From positions 32,001 to 96,000 of IMG/VR virus record IMGVR_UViG_3300019888_000002: a DNA stretch of 64,000 nucleotides, one strand, 5' to 3'. Every line of letters begins with the position of its first letter. Position 1 is the first letter of the stretch. The position numbers and the translations under genes were made by a program. The notes beneath the pieces were generated by a model. The model saw only the letters and a program-made list of their open reading frames with translations. It searched no databases and was not told the DNA's origin. Origin of the DNA: a virus. Shown in pieces: positions 45,471 through 57,131 of this stretch.

Positions 45471-46649
45471 CCTCTTCTTTCCGATAGGGGTTGTCGAGAC
45501 GGGCACGAGCGAAATGCACGTTGTCCCGGTGGCTCTTCATGCCGTGGAAGAAACCTTCGAGCCACGCTGCCTCCCGAATCGGACGCAACCGCTCGTCCTC
45601 CTTGTCCTTCGCCTCGGCAATACGTGCCGCAGCGTCGTACCACCCGAGATGCGGGTTGTAGCTGAGACCCTTGGCCTCCTGTGCCGCATAGTCCTCCAGG
45701 AACAACCGAGCGATCTGCTCGTACTTCTGATTCTCTGGGTGAACCCGGATGATGTGCTCGGCGATTCCCTTCTCGGTGTGAGCCAGGGCTTCGCATCCCT
45801 TGACCGGACACGTCGCGTCACTCATGTCCTTCGCCTCCATTCGTTGTCGCGATAGTCGTCCCAGTCGTTCGCCGTGCGGTATTCCCCGGTGAGGCACTCG
45901 GTACAGCCACAGTCGGGCGGATCGACCTGACGGACGTCGATATCGTCAATGTCGAGCCCCAGCTTGCACAGAACTCCGAGAATGATCTCCGTCTCGTGAC
46001 GGCCCGGATACTTCAAGCGCGGAATCAGTCGAAGTATCTCGTCCACGAGCGCGTCGTGACCTCTGCCGTCGAACGGGTCACTCATCATGGCTCCGGTCGA
46101 GGTAATCCAGCGCGTCACTCGCGACGTTGTGCCAGCTCGTAAGACTGATATCGGAACCGCCGCTCCCCCACTTACCGAAGAGATGAAACGCCAGACCTTG
46201 GACGGCAACGACCCGAACTTCGCCAGTCCCGTATTTGGTGTGTGCTGCGCAGTATCCAGTGCTGGTTCGTTTGTCGTGGTGATGGCAATCGCCCATGCCA
46301 TCGTGTTCATGTAGTGGGTGTGTGCAGATATCACATGAGATTGTGTTCACGATGTCCTCCATCGCGTCACTCATTGCACCACCGCTGCCCAGAAGTACCC
46401 GAGCCAGAAGACGGCCATGGGACCCAGCTCTTTCGGGATAGCGCTGTCACCGAACATCACCACGGTGTGGTCACCCTGGAGCGTCAGATCGGACACGAGC
46501 TTGGCCACCGTCTCGTAGCTGTACTTGTCGATGCCGTTCTTCACATAGCTCAGGGTGACCACTTCCTCCTCGCCGAGGAAGTTGTCGACCAGAACGACCT
46601 GGTTCGGCTCCACGAACTGCATGACGTACCGATCGTTCAGCCTGGCCAT
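45451..46649 (-). other. Four short hypothetical genes (45451-45840, 45822-46085, 46078-46374, 46371-46649)
   Basis: Coupled ORFs; several Cys/His clusters. Confidence 0.6.
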
Positions 46650-47314
46650 CAGGGGTTCCTCCAATAGGTGAGGTGCTTCCGGTATCTCTTGTCTTCCTCG
46701 ATCAGCCGCTTGGTCGTCTTGTCACTCCAACAGCCCTGCCACTCGGCATAGCGGCCGTAGCTGCGGCGCAGTGCCTTCATGCCGTCCCAGTTGTCGGTGC
46801 ACACATCGAGCCACACATCGTGCCAGACGACGGCCCAGCGGTCGTCCTTGCCGAAGAGCGCCTTCCGGTCGTACGCATCCCCGTGATGGATAGTGAGGGT
46901 TTTGCCGTGCTCGGCCGCAAGCTTCTCGTAGTGCGGGCCGACCAGATCGATCACGTTCCGGTCGATCTCCACCACGTCGATGTGCTGCGGGTCCGGCAAC
47001 AGGATCATGGCCTGCACGACCATGCCGATCCCCAGCCCGGTGATGAGCACCCGCCGGTTGTCGGTCAACGAGCGCGCCCGCTCGACCGGACCGTAATGGT
47101 CGGCCATCTCGGCGTGAGTGTCGCTCATCCACAACTCGCCATTACGGTCGAGCCGGGTATAGGTCCCCGGTGGGGTGTAGAAACGCATTCCCCCCTTCAT
47201 CATCGCAAAGGACACGTCCTCTTTGCTGATGTCGAAGCGACTGATCGAGACGGCGTTCCTTGTGCCGACGGGCACCGAGACTGTCATCAGATCCCGGTAG
47301 TTCTGATACGTCAT
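46649..47314 (-). CDS. Class I SAM-dependent methyltransferase / spermidine-synthase-like fold
   Basis: RVLITGLGIGMV (GxGxG), IDVVEID, IHHGDAY, W.VVWHDVW. Confidence 0.75.
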   Translation of the reverse strand: MTYQNYRDLMTVSVPVGTRNAVSISRFDISKEDVSFAMMKGGMRFYTPPGTYTRLDRNGELWMSDTHAEMADHYGPVERARSLTDNRRVLITGLGIGMVVQAMILLPDPQHIDVVEIDRNVIDLVGPHYEKLAAEHGKTLTIHHGDAYDRKALFGKDDRWAVVWHDVWLDVCTDNWDGMKALRRSYGRYAEWQGCWSDKTTKRLIEEDKRYRKHLTYWRNP

Positions 47315-50300
47315 GCCGTGACCCTCCGAAGGCCCTGGTTCCAGCGCAACTCCTCGAGCGCGTCGAGCAGCTTGGCATAGGCCCCGGGCTCGACCGAGAC
47401 GGTAGCCCCCTGCACCCCGATGTATTCGGCTTCCCATCCGCCCATGGACCCGTCGGCCATGGTCTTCCAGACGAACGCCCGGCCGACCGGCTCCGAGTAG
47501 AACGTGATCCCCTCGAAGAAAACGGCGTGGGAACTGACGATCCGATAGTCCTTGACCTCACCGGCCTGCTCAGCGTCGAGAATTTGGTCGATCATCTCCT
47601 GGGCTGCCGCGAGATCGGCGACATAGAGCTTGACGAACTCCTTCCCACCGTCCTCGGAGAGATACTGGAGAACGAAGCTGTGCAGGGTGTCATGCGTCCC
47701 CTTGCGCCCATAACTGGCGAAGAAACGATCGTCTCGAGTGTGATAGACGCCAGGTAAGCGTTCACTTTCTCGCAGTTCTGTCATGAGGGGGTTCCTTTGT
47801 ATCGGCGAAGACTACTTGTCCCCCTACTGTACCATGAATGAACCAGTTGTCTAGCCCAATCAGGTGGCCTCGAGATGCCGGGAGAACCTGTCCTTCTCCT
47901 GCGAGGCGTACAGGCACTCGGACACGATGTGGATGCCACAGACATCGGTGACGAAGGTCAGCCCCTCGTAGTGGTACTTGGCCTGCCGAGTGCACTGCTT
48001 CTCGGTGGTGGTTGCTGCCCGACACCTGCGTTCCACCGAGATCAGAGCCACCCAGGGCAAACCCAGGTATTCCGCTTCCTTCTCACTGGCCACCCGGGGA
48101 CTCCTCACCCTGCGACGACATGCCGAGAGCCGTATAGAGTTCGGCGGCGAACGCACGAGACACCGGATGCGGGGTACCGGTCTCCGAATTGAGCGCGTCG
48201 TGCCAATCGTTGGCCAACTTCAGGGCCTTGGTGTACGCGACGACGAGCTTGTTCAGCTCCGGCAGCCGGGCGAGCACTATCTTCTTCGGGTCGAAACTCA
48301 CCGTTTCGTAGGGCTCACCCAGGCTCCGATGCCCGGACACGATGATCATGTCCGGGTCGACCGGGTGTCCGGCCTCCTCGTGCAACGCCATCAGCTCGGC
48401 CGTGGGAACCACGGTGTACGGGGCCGGGGGCCTCTGCCGGGGTTCAGCCACCGGATACCTCCTCGTTCTGGGGCCAGGTATCGGACGAGACCGTCGGCTG
48501 CCCCACGATCCTGGGATAGAGCACCGGAACCGCATTGGCGACCATGTCCGTCATGGCCCACCGCACCCGATCGGTAGCGTGCGCCCCGGCGTTCTCGGCG
48601 GCCTCCAAGTTCGGAGCCTCGAGCACCAGATCGACCCGGATCTCCACCTCGAACCGTGCCATCAGAGGTCGGTCGTCACCAACGACGACCCGGCGAAGTA
48701 CCGGAAACACGCCTGCTGCTCGTGCATCGCGTGCATGGTATAGGGCAACAGGGTCTCGTAGCCGTACCGTTCCAACACGGCCTTCGGATACCCGGTGCTC
48801 ACCTCACTCGTGTTCTTGTTGACGACCAGCGACGTCAGCAACGGCTCACCGTGAGCCTTGTTCAACCGGACGACCTCCATCAGCCTGTCCGCGATCGTGT
48901 ACCGCCAGTTCGGTCGTTGCAACTCCCCCATCCGGACACTGACCGCCGCGTCCAGTGCGCTGTAACTGATCAGCTCCCGGCGCGCGGCCTGCTCGATCAG
49001 AATGATCCGGGCGTACTCGGCCCAGAGCAGGAAACTGCGGACACTCATTTCTCGTCCTGTTCGGTCTCGGCGTCGAGAGAGTGGATGTCAACAGTCGCGG
49101 TCCCGAGAGCGGCAGACAACTCGTCGGCGAACCTCCGATGCACCGCAGAGGGGTCCTTGGTTCTCGTGTCCAGCGTGGTGCGCCACATCTCGGCGAGCAC
49201 GGTGGCCCTTTCCACGGCACCCCGCAGGTCGGCCAGCTCCTCGTTCTTGACGACGGTGTACTTGGCCACGTCCAGAATGTCGAACGGGGCCAGGATCGGG
49301 TCGACAGCCGTGTCGGCGGTGTCCGCCACGGCCTGTTCGCTCATTTCTCGATCCCCTTGGTCGCGGCAGCCTTGAGCTGACCTGCGCCCGCCATGTCGAT
49401 GATCGTGTCGATTCGGCTGCGGACACCTATCGCGTCGGCCAGCTCCTTCTCCTTGCGATCGATCTCCTTCTGCGACGTCTCGCGCAGGGTGTTCATGTGC
49501 GAAGTGATCTCGTCGGGAGTGGCGTGATAGAGAGCCACCTCGGAGTCTCCGGCAAAGACCTGAAGCTGCACCCTGACCGAAGAGTAGTTCTCCTCGAATT
49601 CGATGGCCGTGATTGCGGCCTCCTCGCCGTTGTGCATGATGCCGGTGACCACACCCAGATAGAGCTTGTAATCGGTCTCGTAGTTGTTCTTGTGCAGTCG
49701 CTTGTAGACATCACCCTCGGCGAGATTGGTGATAGTGACGATGTTGGCGGTGGCCTGAACGAGAGTCTTGGTCTGCATGGTGGGGGGTTCCTTCACGGTT
49801 GTGGGGGTTTGTACTCATAGCGTACCAGTAGATAACTTCAATTACTCAGTCGACCCAGCCCCTTTTAATTCGCAGCTCGTCCAGACTCAGGCCCGGGAAG
49901 CTGGTCCATCCGGCATCCGGGGTCACCCTGCGGACCAGCTCGTACTCGTTCCACGGCTGTACCGATTTGATTTCACCGGCCCGGTCCAGCACCTCCCGGA
50001 AGGTGTGGAAACCTCCCAGGACCAGGCCCGGGATCGTGGTCTCGCTGGCATGAGCGAGCAGGATTCCGTACTCGTGGGCCGGTGTTCTCGACATCGGGGG
50101 AGGTTCCTTTCATGGGGTCGAACACGGCATCGGAATGGTCATGTCCTCGCATAGAGACCGGATTCGGCCGGGATCACCGTGACGACATAATCGTGACGAC
50201 GTGACGGATGGAGGTGGTCGTAGAGCAGACACCCCACGACCACTCCCACCAAGGCGGACACGAGAAACAGGACACAGAGTTGGACGACGTACTTCGTCCT

Positions 50301-53300
50301 CATCCGGGGCATCAGATCATTCTCGATGCTCGTCATTCCTGCCTTCCGGAAACTCGACGGCGAAATGCACGTGCTCGTGGTTCGGGTCGATCCCGAGCTT
50401 CGCGCTGAGATGACGGGGCTCGAAGTAGGTGACGTCGGCCACGGTGGGATCGTATTCGTATCGCTCGCACAGCAACACCCACTTGAGCGCATTCGACTCC
50501 AACGGGATCAGCTCGTCCCGGCCGTCGAACCCGGACCCGGTGTCACCGCTCATGCTCGTTCCTCGTATCGGCCGACGACGGCCCAACGGTTGGCCACGTC
50601 CAAGGCCCGGGCCTTGGACGTGAGCCGGTGACGTTCGAAGAGCACCGTGCCGCCGACCCCGATCACCTCGAGCGACCACAGCATGTCGTTCTCGTGTTTG
50701 CGCACGATGTAGCGCTCGGGACGATACATCCTCGGGTCCAGCGCCTGATAGTGCCCGGATTCGACCCGATGGAACGAGAGCGCCAACGGCTTGGCCACCC
50801 GGGGCGGCCGCTGCACATGATGCAGCACCGAGAACGGGGCCAGGTCGATCAGTTGAGAGGTGGACCAGACGGTCGGGCTGTCGTCGGCGTAGTGCCAACC
50901 GTTGTCCCGTAACTGAGCGACATTGCCCTCACGATCGAGAACAGCTGAGCCGAGTCCGAGCAGATCGAGGTCCTCGACGCCTTCCGAAGAAATGGTCATG
51001 GTGGGGGTTCCTTACGTTAGATGTCCCTAGACTGTACCACAGGTACAGTTCACGTCAGAATGCCTTCTTGTCGTAGCCCTCAGGCTCGCCCTGTCCGTCC
51101 CACGCAAAGGCTGCGGCGGTGGCAGCAAGCAGTGCGGTGAACATCGTGCGCGGGGTGCCTTCATTGTTCGTGCCGTGCCCGAAGTAACAGAACCCGTGCT
51201 CGGTGAGCATGTGTGGCGAATCGTCAGTGGGACGATGGCTGGTGAGCACCACCCGGTAGTTGTAGAGCATCTTGAGCACGTCGACACAATGCGTCTCATC
51301 GACCCGCTTGACGCACCAACCACCCAGAATCGGAGTGAGTTCGTCCATCAGTATCGCCGCGCGGTCTTGAGGCTGTCTTTCACGGTCATGTCGCGTACGT
51401 AATAGGTGTCGCCGAGCCACGAGCCCCGGCGAGCATCCACCCACTGATTGGCGGTCTGCTCTGTGGAGAACAACTCCACCACCCGCACCCCGTCGTCCCC
51501 GGAGTGCGAATCGGGGTCGTCACATCCGCCGTCATGTTGAGTCACGGCCCATACCTTCATCGGTCCCGCGCCGACACCCTCTCGTTCCTCGGCGTTCGCA
51601 CCGGTATCCGGATCGACAAAGGCAATACTCGACCCGATGAACTGCACCTGTGTGCCCTCCGGGTAGCGAGACAGGATCTCGATCCATTCCGTAGTGCTCT
51701 TCATCAGTTCGCCTCCAGCTTCGCCTCGAAGAACTCGCGGTTCATCTCGATGAGGTCGAGGGTGAGCTGGCGGAAGCGCTCGGCGTCCATGTCCCGATCC
51801 TGCTGGTACATCACTCCGAGAATCTCGGTGTCGACGCACGCCTTCTGGTGGTCGAGGGTGAGCTTCCCCCACGCCATTCCCCAACGGTCCTCGGCGTAGC
51901 CGGAAGCAATGCCGTAGAGGCGCTCGACGTTGGTCTGTGGCTTCTTCTTGGTCATCGGGACTCTCCTCGTGGGGGTTTCATCTGCTCCTGTACCTAGACT
52001 GTACCACAGGTATTGCCCCCGTCAAACCCCCACGGGTCACCGGAGCGACGTGTCCTCGGCCTTCACTCGTACAGCTCCCTCGTACCCCGCCGCTGATTCT
52101 CGATCAGACGCGCCTGCCGCTGCCAGTGCCGCTCCCGGAAACGCTTACGCACCCAATACGTCTCGGCCCCGGCCATGTTGTCCTCGGCCGCGATGGTCCA
52201 CACCCGTTCGCAAACAGAACACACCCAGATATCGCCGGGCTCCCCGTTGGGAAAACCGTCCTCCCGGCCGGGCACATCGCACCGATGCTGCTCACCCAGC
52301 TCCTTGGCCCGATACACCCAGGTCACCATCGGCTCCGATCGAAGAAATGCAACAGATCGTAGATCAACAGATCGAGCAGGCTCGAATTCATCGGTACGGA
52401 TTCTCGGGTTCGCTCCGGTCCCGGTCGAGCATGTCCTTGACGTCGGCGTCCTTGGTGTCGTACCCCTCGCGCCACGCCTCGGCGAGCACGGCCATCAGTG
52501 CCTCCCCGGAGATCAGGATGTTGTGTTTGTGCGACGGACCCGGGAACTCCTCGGGCTTCAGATGCGAGAACTGCTCCATCACCCGGTGCACATGTTCACA
52601 GGCCGGACAGAACGACATCCCGGTCTCGTTGGTGATTCGGCCCATCACGTCGTCCACAGGAGTTGCGCGGGAAGGTAACGGCGCATCGTGGATGCGGCCA
52701 ATGGTGCGGTTTCGTAGCTGCACCACAGACTGTCGCGCTTCTGATGCATGTCTCGGTCCCGGTCGATAACGACAGCAAGATCCGGCAGTGCATTCAACTG
52801 CTCGACGGTGGTGATGGTGCAGGCATCTCGGATTGCTTGCGCGATATGCCCTGCGAAGTCCAGTGCCTGTGCGCCGTGGCCTGCCGATGACTTCCAGCCA
52901 CACGAGCAATCGCGACGATGAGAGTGCGGATAGAGAATGGGGTTGTACAGGTGTGCTGCGATGACGCTCGTCAGATCGCTCACGACGTCACCTCACGATA
53001 CGGATTGACGATATCGTCGTTCGAACATGCTGCCAATACGCCTTCGTCCCATGCTTCGGCGCAACGCGCCTCTGCCAACATTGCGCGCTGATGCAGTGAG
53101 ATGAGCCGCGCCGCGTCCTCGTCACCTCGGGCTGCCGCCTCTTCGAAACGTCGCTTCCACTCGTCCGCTCGGTCGCGTTCGATCCCGATCTCTGTAAACA
53201 ACTGCGGCACTGTCATGTGTGCGATCTGCTCGTCGGTGGACCGATTACTCGTGTGCGGCATGAAAGCCTCCGCAATTATGGAAGTATCGTTCCTCGTCCA

Positions 53301-53720
53301 ACTGCTCCTGTAGACGATCTGCTCGATCTCGTTCGGCGACAGCAAGGTTGCGCAGTTGCAGCATCGGCACGCGGTAGTCACCCTCGGGGTGAGTGCATCC
53401 CATCGGTAGACCACCGTCGCAGAGACCACAGACCGCGAGCCACGGATCGAACTCGGAAAGCTGCTCGTCCGTGGTCCGAGGCCGCTCACCGGCATCGTGG
53501 GTCATCAGTCCACCTGAGTGTTCCGGTCGTCGGAGCCCTGGTACTCCCGCAGAATGTCGTCGTCGGAATAGATGTCGGCCATCCGCATGGACGACCCATC
53601 CGGCCCCGCAGCCTCCCGTTCCACCAACCCCCGCTCGTCGTCCAGCACATCGTCCAGGATGTGATCCTGCACGTACGAACTCGGTGACGGGGTCGACCCC
53701 CTACCCTCCGGACCGATCAT
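47311..53720 (-). other. Array of ~20 short hypothetical early genes
   Basis: Coupled ORFs such as 47311-47784, 48083-48451, 48662-49048, 49045-49344, 49341-49778, 49846-50094, 50550-50999, 51704-51955, 52063-52329, 52645-52983; motif promoters at 47829, 49811, 51034, 51990. Confidence 0.65.
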
Positions 53721-54022
53721 CGGAACAGGTCCGGCTCTTCGAAATACCCGCTCCACGGTTCCACCGTCGGATCGAAACCCTCCGGCAGACCCTCCACCGC
53801 GATCGAAGCGTTGGACCACATGGCAGCCTGCTGAAGCGCGGTGAGCGCCAGATTCCGGTGTCGCCCGGGCCGGGTCATGTCCATCACGGTGACGGCCATG
53901 GCCTTGTACGAACGCCGGATCGTCTCGTGTGCCTTGACGCTGAGCGCGTTCGGCGGATGGTAATCGAACCGGTTGAGCACCTCGACCACCTCCTTGGCGC
54001 TGAACTCCTCCTCATTCGTCAC
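53717..54022 (-). CDS. Acb2/Tad1-like helical-hairpin protein (putative nucleotide-signal sponge)
   Basis: NRFDYHPP...HETIR...A......PGRHRNLALTALQQAAMWSNASIA resembles the Tad1/Acb2-family C-terminal helix (RE.A.ALT..EEA.MW.N). Confidence 0.6.
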   Translation of the reverse strand: MTNEEEFSAKEVVEVLNRFDYHPPNALSVKAHETIRRSYKAMAVTVMDMTRPGRHRNLALTALQQAAMWSNASIAVEGLPEGFDPTVEPWSGYFEEPDLFR

Positions 54023-55574
54023 CGTCGTCCCCCTCTTCGTCGTCGGTCTCGACCTCGGGTCCCCCGAGCAGAGCGTTACGGTGCTCCTCGGCCGTGGCGA
54101 GACGCTCCAACGCCTCGGCGATCCGGACCGCTGTCTCTTGGGTCATTTCGAATCCTTCTGCTTTGTGCACGGTTGTTGGTAGCCGTCGTCTTCGCATCCG
54201 CAATCCCGGCACCTGCGTCCGCGACCGAGCGTGGTCTTGCTCCACGGTTCCCAGTCGTGATCGCCCGAACCTTTGATCCGAGGAAGGCGTCCGTCGATAG
54301 TGAGGTGCTCGGTCACGGTGTCTTCACGTCCCCGCGAAAGGACGTGCGCCGTTCTTCGTCGGTGCTCAGTTCCCGCACGGTATAGGGATCGTGACCTGGT
54401 CCGTGATTGGGCGCAAAGGGCCTGAAATCGTCATCGAGCACGAACCACTCGCACGCCTCGTGCGTCTCCACCTCGATCACCCGGTCGAAGAGCCAGCGCC
54501 GCCACGACTGCTCGTTGTAGCTTGCGGCCGGAACGATGAAAAAGTGCAGCACACCCCGATTGATCTCGTGATGATAGGTGTCCGGCCCCACCACCTGAAT
54601 CGTGAGGGTCAAACCCTCGGACCCTTGTCCCCGATCGATCTCTCGAAGGTTGAAACACCAGTTGGCCTTGTACGTGAGCCGGGACACCAGGTCCGCCAGC
54701 GCCGTGGGGTACGGCGCGCTCTGAGTCATCGGCTGCTCCGGCATCACCGTTCTCCTTCGGGCCGAATGTCGAAGGTCCGCTGAATCCAGCTGCCCCCCTC
54801 GTGGTCGACGGCCATCAACGCGACACCCTCCGAACTCGGCTGGAAGCCCGGAGTCAGAGACTGGGTGGAATGCCGCATCGCCTGCCGCAACGATCGCAGA
54901 TGATTGTCACAGGCCGTGTCGATGAGCGTCTCGAGATCACCCACCGGCATAGTCCCCTTCCGTTCCTCCTCGAGACTCTGGTGCAGCAGCAACGACAGCA
55001 CGGCCCGGATCAGGTCCCGCCGAGTGGACTCGGGACTCGGATAGTGCGGGAACGGACTCTTGCTCATCGGATCATCTTCCTCTCGACCCCCGACGGAAAC
55101 GACCCCCGGAACCCCCGTGCGGCCGCCCCAAACGGCCGCCCGAGCCTGTTCGGCGTCGGCGCTCACATTTCCCCTGCCCGGCCGGTGTTGCGGACGCAGG
55201 AAAGCACTCCGGCGATCACCAGACCCATGTAGACCCCGACGGCGAGACCCAGCACGATCGACACGAACCTCACGGGCGTATCTGACACAACTGGTCCACC
55301 CCGAAATGACTCCAGTACCAGACCCCCACCCCGAAACCGACGGTCCCGAAGCTCAGCATCCCGACGATGCTCACGAAGAGCAGGTTCTTCGCCATCACGA
55401 CCAGAGACGAATCACCGCTCATCGGATACTCATCTCGTCGGAGATCTCATAGACGTGTGCGACGACATTGCCCGCGTAGTCGCTGGTGTCCTCGTACCAG
55501 GTATGGCCGGTGGGATCGACATGGTGTTGCCCGTCGCAGTCCTCCGCGATACAGAACAGAGCCTTGCATCTCAT
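54012..55574 (-). other. Short hypothetical genes, including two tiny membrane proteins (~55163-55421)
   Basis: 54313-54747, 54744-55068; hand-translated MRFVSIVLGLAVGVYMGLVIAGVL and MSGDSSLVVMAKNLLFVSIVGMLSF. Confidence 0.5.
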
Positions 55575-55608
55575 ACCGCTCTCCTCAGGTCGATTGCCGA
55601 AAATGGGG

Positions 55609-55710
55609 TGGACCAGGGAGGAATCGAACCTCCGACCACGGATAACACCGACTCTTGCCGAGTCCGCTGCGCAGCATGTGCCCCTTGCTCTACCACTGAG
55701 CTACCGGCCC
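55609..55710 (-). ncRNA. tRNA-like RNA with expanded, branched anticodon domain
   Basis: GGGCCGG TA GCTC AGTGGTA GAGC ... GGTC GGAGG TTCGATT CCTCC CTGGTCC A: 7-bp acceptor stem, canonical D arm and T arm, but ~49 nt between D arm and variable loop instead of ~18; intergenic. Confidence 0.8.
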
Positions 55711-55714
55711 CTTG

Positions 55715-56901
55715 TCATTCGACCGAACCGATCTCCAGGTCGTGCGCCATCCACCCGTTGTCGTGCACCAGATCCGACAACCGGCTCTCGGCGTCGTCCC
55801 GGGTGTCGAGACCCGCCTCGATCTCGTCCCCGGTCACGGCGTTGAAGATGACATACTCCTCGCCCGGCATCGTCAGAACCTCCGCTCGCATCGCCAGGGA
55901 CCGATCAGCCAGGTGTGGCCCCGCCAATAGATGCGCAGCCGCCTGTTCGATGTCGCCGGGTGCCCGTCGAACCACGTCGTGGTGGCGTGGTGGACGCTGA
56001 TCAGACGTTTGTCCAGCGCCGTGAAGCCCAACGAGTCCCGCACATGAACGACGTTCATCCGATCCTCTCTTGGGTCGCCTCGAGCACCTGCACATTGGTC
56101 TTCCCGAACTCCGTCTCCAGCCCCCGCTGCACCCGTTCGAGGAACCCGCTGCTCGAGATCGGATCGAGATCGGGGGGCACCCGCAACGCCACGGTGAGCG
56201 TGAGGAAGCGCCGCTCCCAGGGTGCGGAATCCTCCCGGGCACAGACCTCGGTCCTGGTCGAGGTGCTCACGACGTACCGCGACTGCGGGTTGCCGACGGG
56301 ATGCAACTCGACCGAGATCATCGAGCCGTCCATCCCCAGGTAAGGCCGCGACACCCCGAAGATCAAGCACTCCTCCCCGTTGTTACGGATGACGTGCCCG
56401 GGCCGAAGATCGGCCACGGGCATCTTGTCCCAGAGTGCCCGGTCGGTCATCCGTCCTCCGGATCGTCGCTGTAGGGGTGCTCGGCACCCTCTTCCATCAC
56501 CGAATCCCAGTACCCCAGTGCGTCGGGGTCGATCTCGTCATTGTCCTCGAAATCGAAGTTCGGGTCCATCCGGTGAAAGCGGTCCATCGTGGTGTCGATC
56601 ATGGGGGTTCCTTCCGTCGGTTGCTGCTACACCTATGGTACAGCATCGGTACAGGAAGTCAATCCCCTCTCATCAGGGATCGCTGCTCGTGCATCTTCTC
56701 GAGCCGTCGGTTCATCTCGGCATCGACCTCCGCGACATCACGGCCGAGCTGCTTGCGCCGGGCGTCCAGCTCCGTCAGACTCATGGCCTCGAGGTTCACG
56801 GGCGGAACCAGCTCGTTCACCCTTTTCACCCGCGCCGATATTTGTTCTCGAAGATGTCGTTCTTGATGGGGTAGAAACCGTGTGAATCCTTCGCCACCCA
56901 T
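55715..56901 (-). other. Short hypothetical genes (55715-~55873, 56055-56450, 56659-~56830)
   Basis: Coupled ORFs; motif promoter at 56638-56652 (TTGACT-16-TACCAT). Confidence 0.5.
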
Positions 56902-57131
56902 TCTCCGACCTCCAGGGGTAACCAGGACTCGTTCGCATCGACATAGAGGTTCGCCGTACGTCCGACGACCCCTTCACCGGGAGAAATGACCGCCCTCGAC
57001 ACAAACTTCGGTCCGCACCACTCCAGCACGGCGTCGGTACTGTCGGGCTCCCCCGTCCACTGCATGGCCACGATCTCGGTGGGAACGGAGACGTAGGTCT
57101 GCGGTTCCGTCGACGCATTCCGAAAGCTCAT
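56826..57131 (-). CDS. Widespread phage protein of the P..I.A.QW...FYP.K.DIF family (possible Acb4-like sponge)
   Basis: VPTEIVAMQWTG...GEWVAKDSHGFYPIKNDIFENKY. Confidence 0.45.
   Translation of the reverse strand: MSFRNASTEPQTYVSVPTEIVAMQWTGEPDSTDAVLEWCGPKFVSRAVISPGEGVVGRTANLYVDANESWLPLEVGEWVAKDSHGFYPIKNDIFENKYRRG

Noticed and set aside
40404-47314. DNA hypermodification cluster (ThyA homologue plus methyltransferase plus PPase)
   Set aside because: ThyA has canonical dTMP-synthase motifs (PCH, QRSCD, FNIASY), and no glycosyltransferase, kinase or aGPT-type genes are visible.
55609-55710. Canonical tRNA-Met/Ile2 (CAT) with a 31-nt intron at 37/38, or tmRNA
   Set aside because: Excision would give a CAT anticodon but with A33 and a G:G mismatch in the stem. 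The insert is too short for a group I intron and shows no clear bulge-helix-bulge. It has a full D arm and no tag ORF, so it is not tmRNA.
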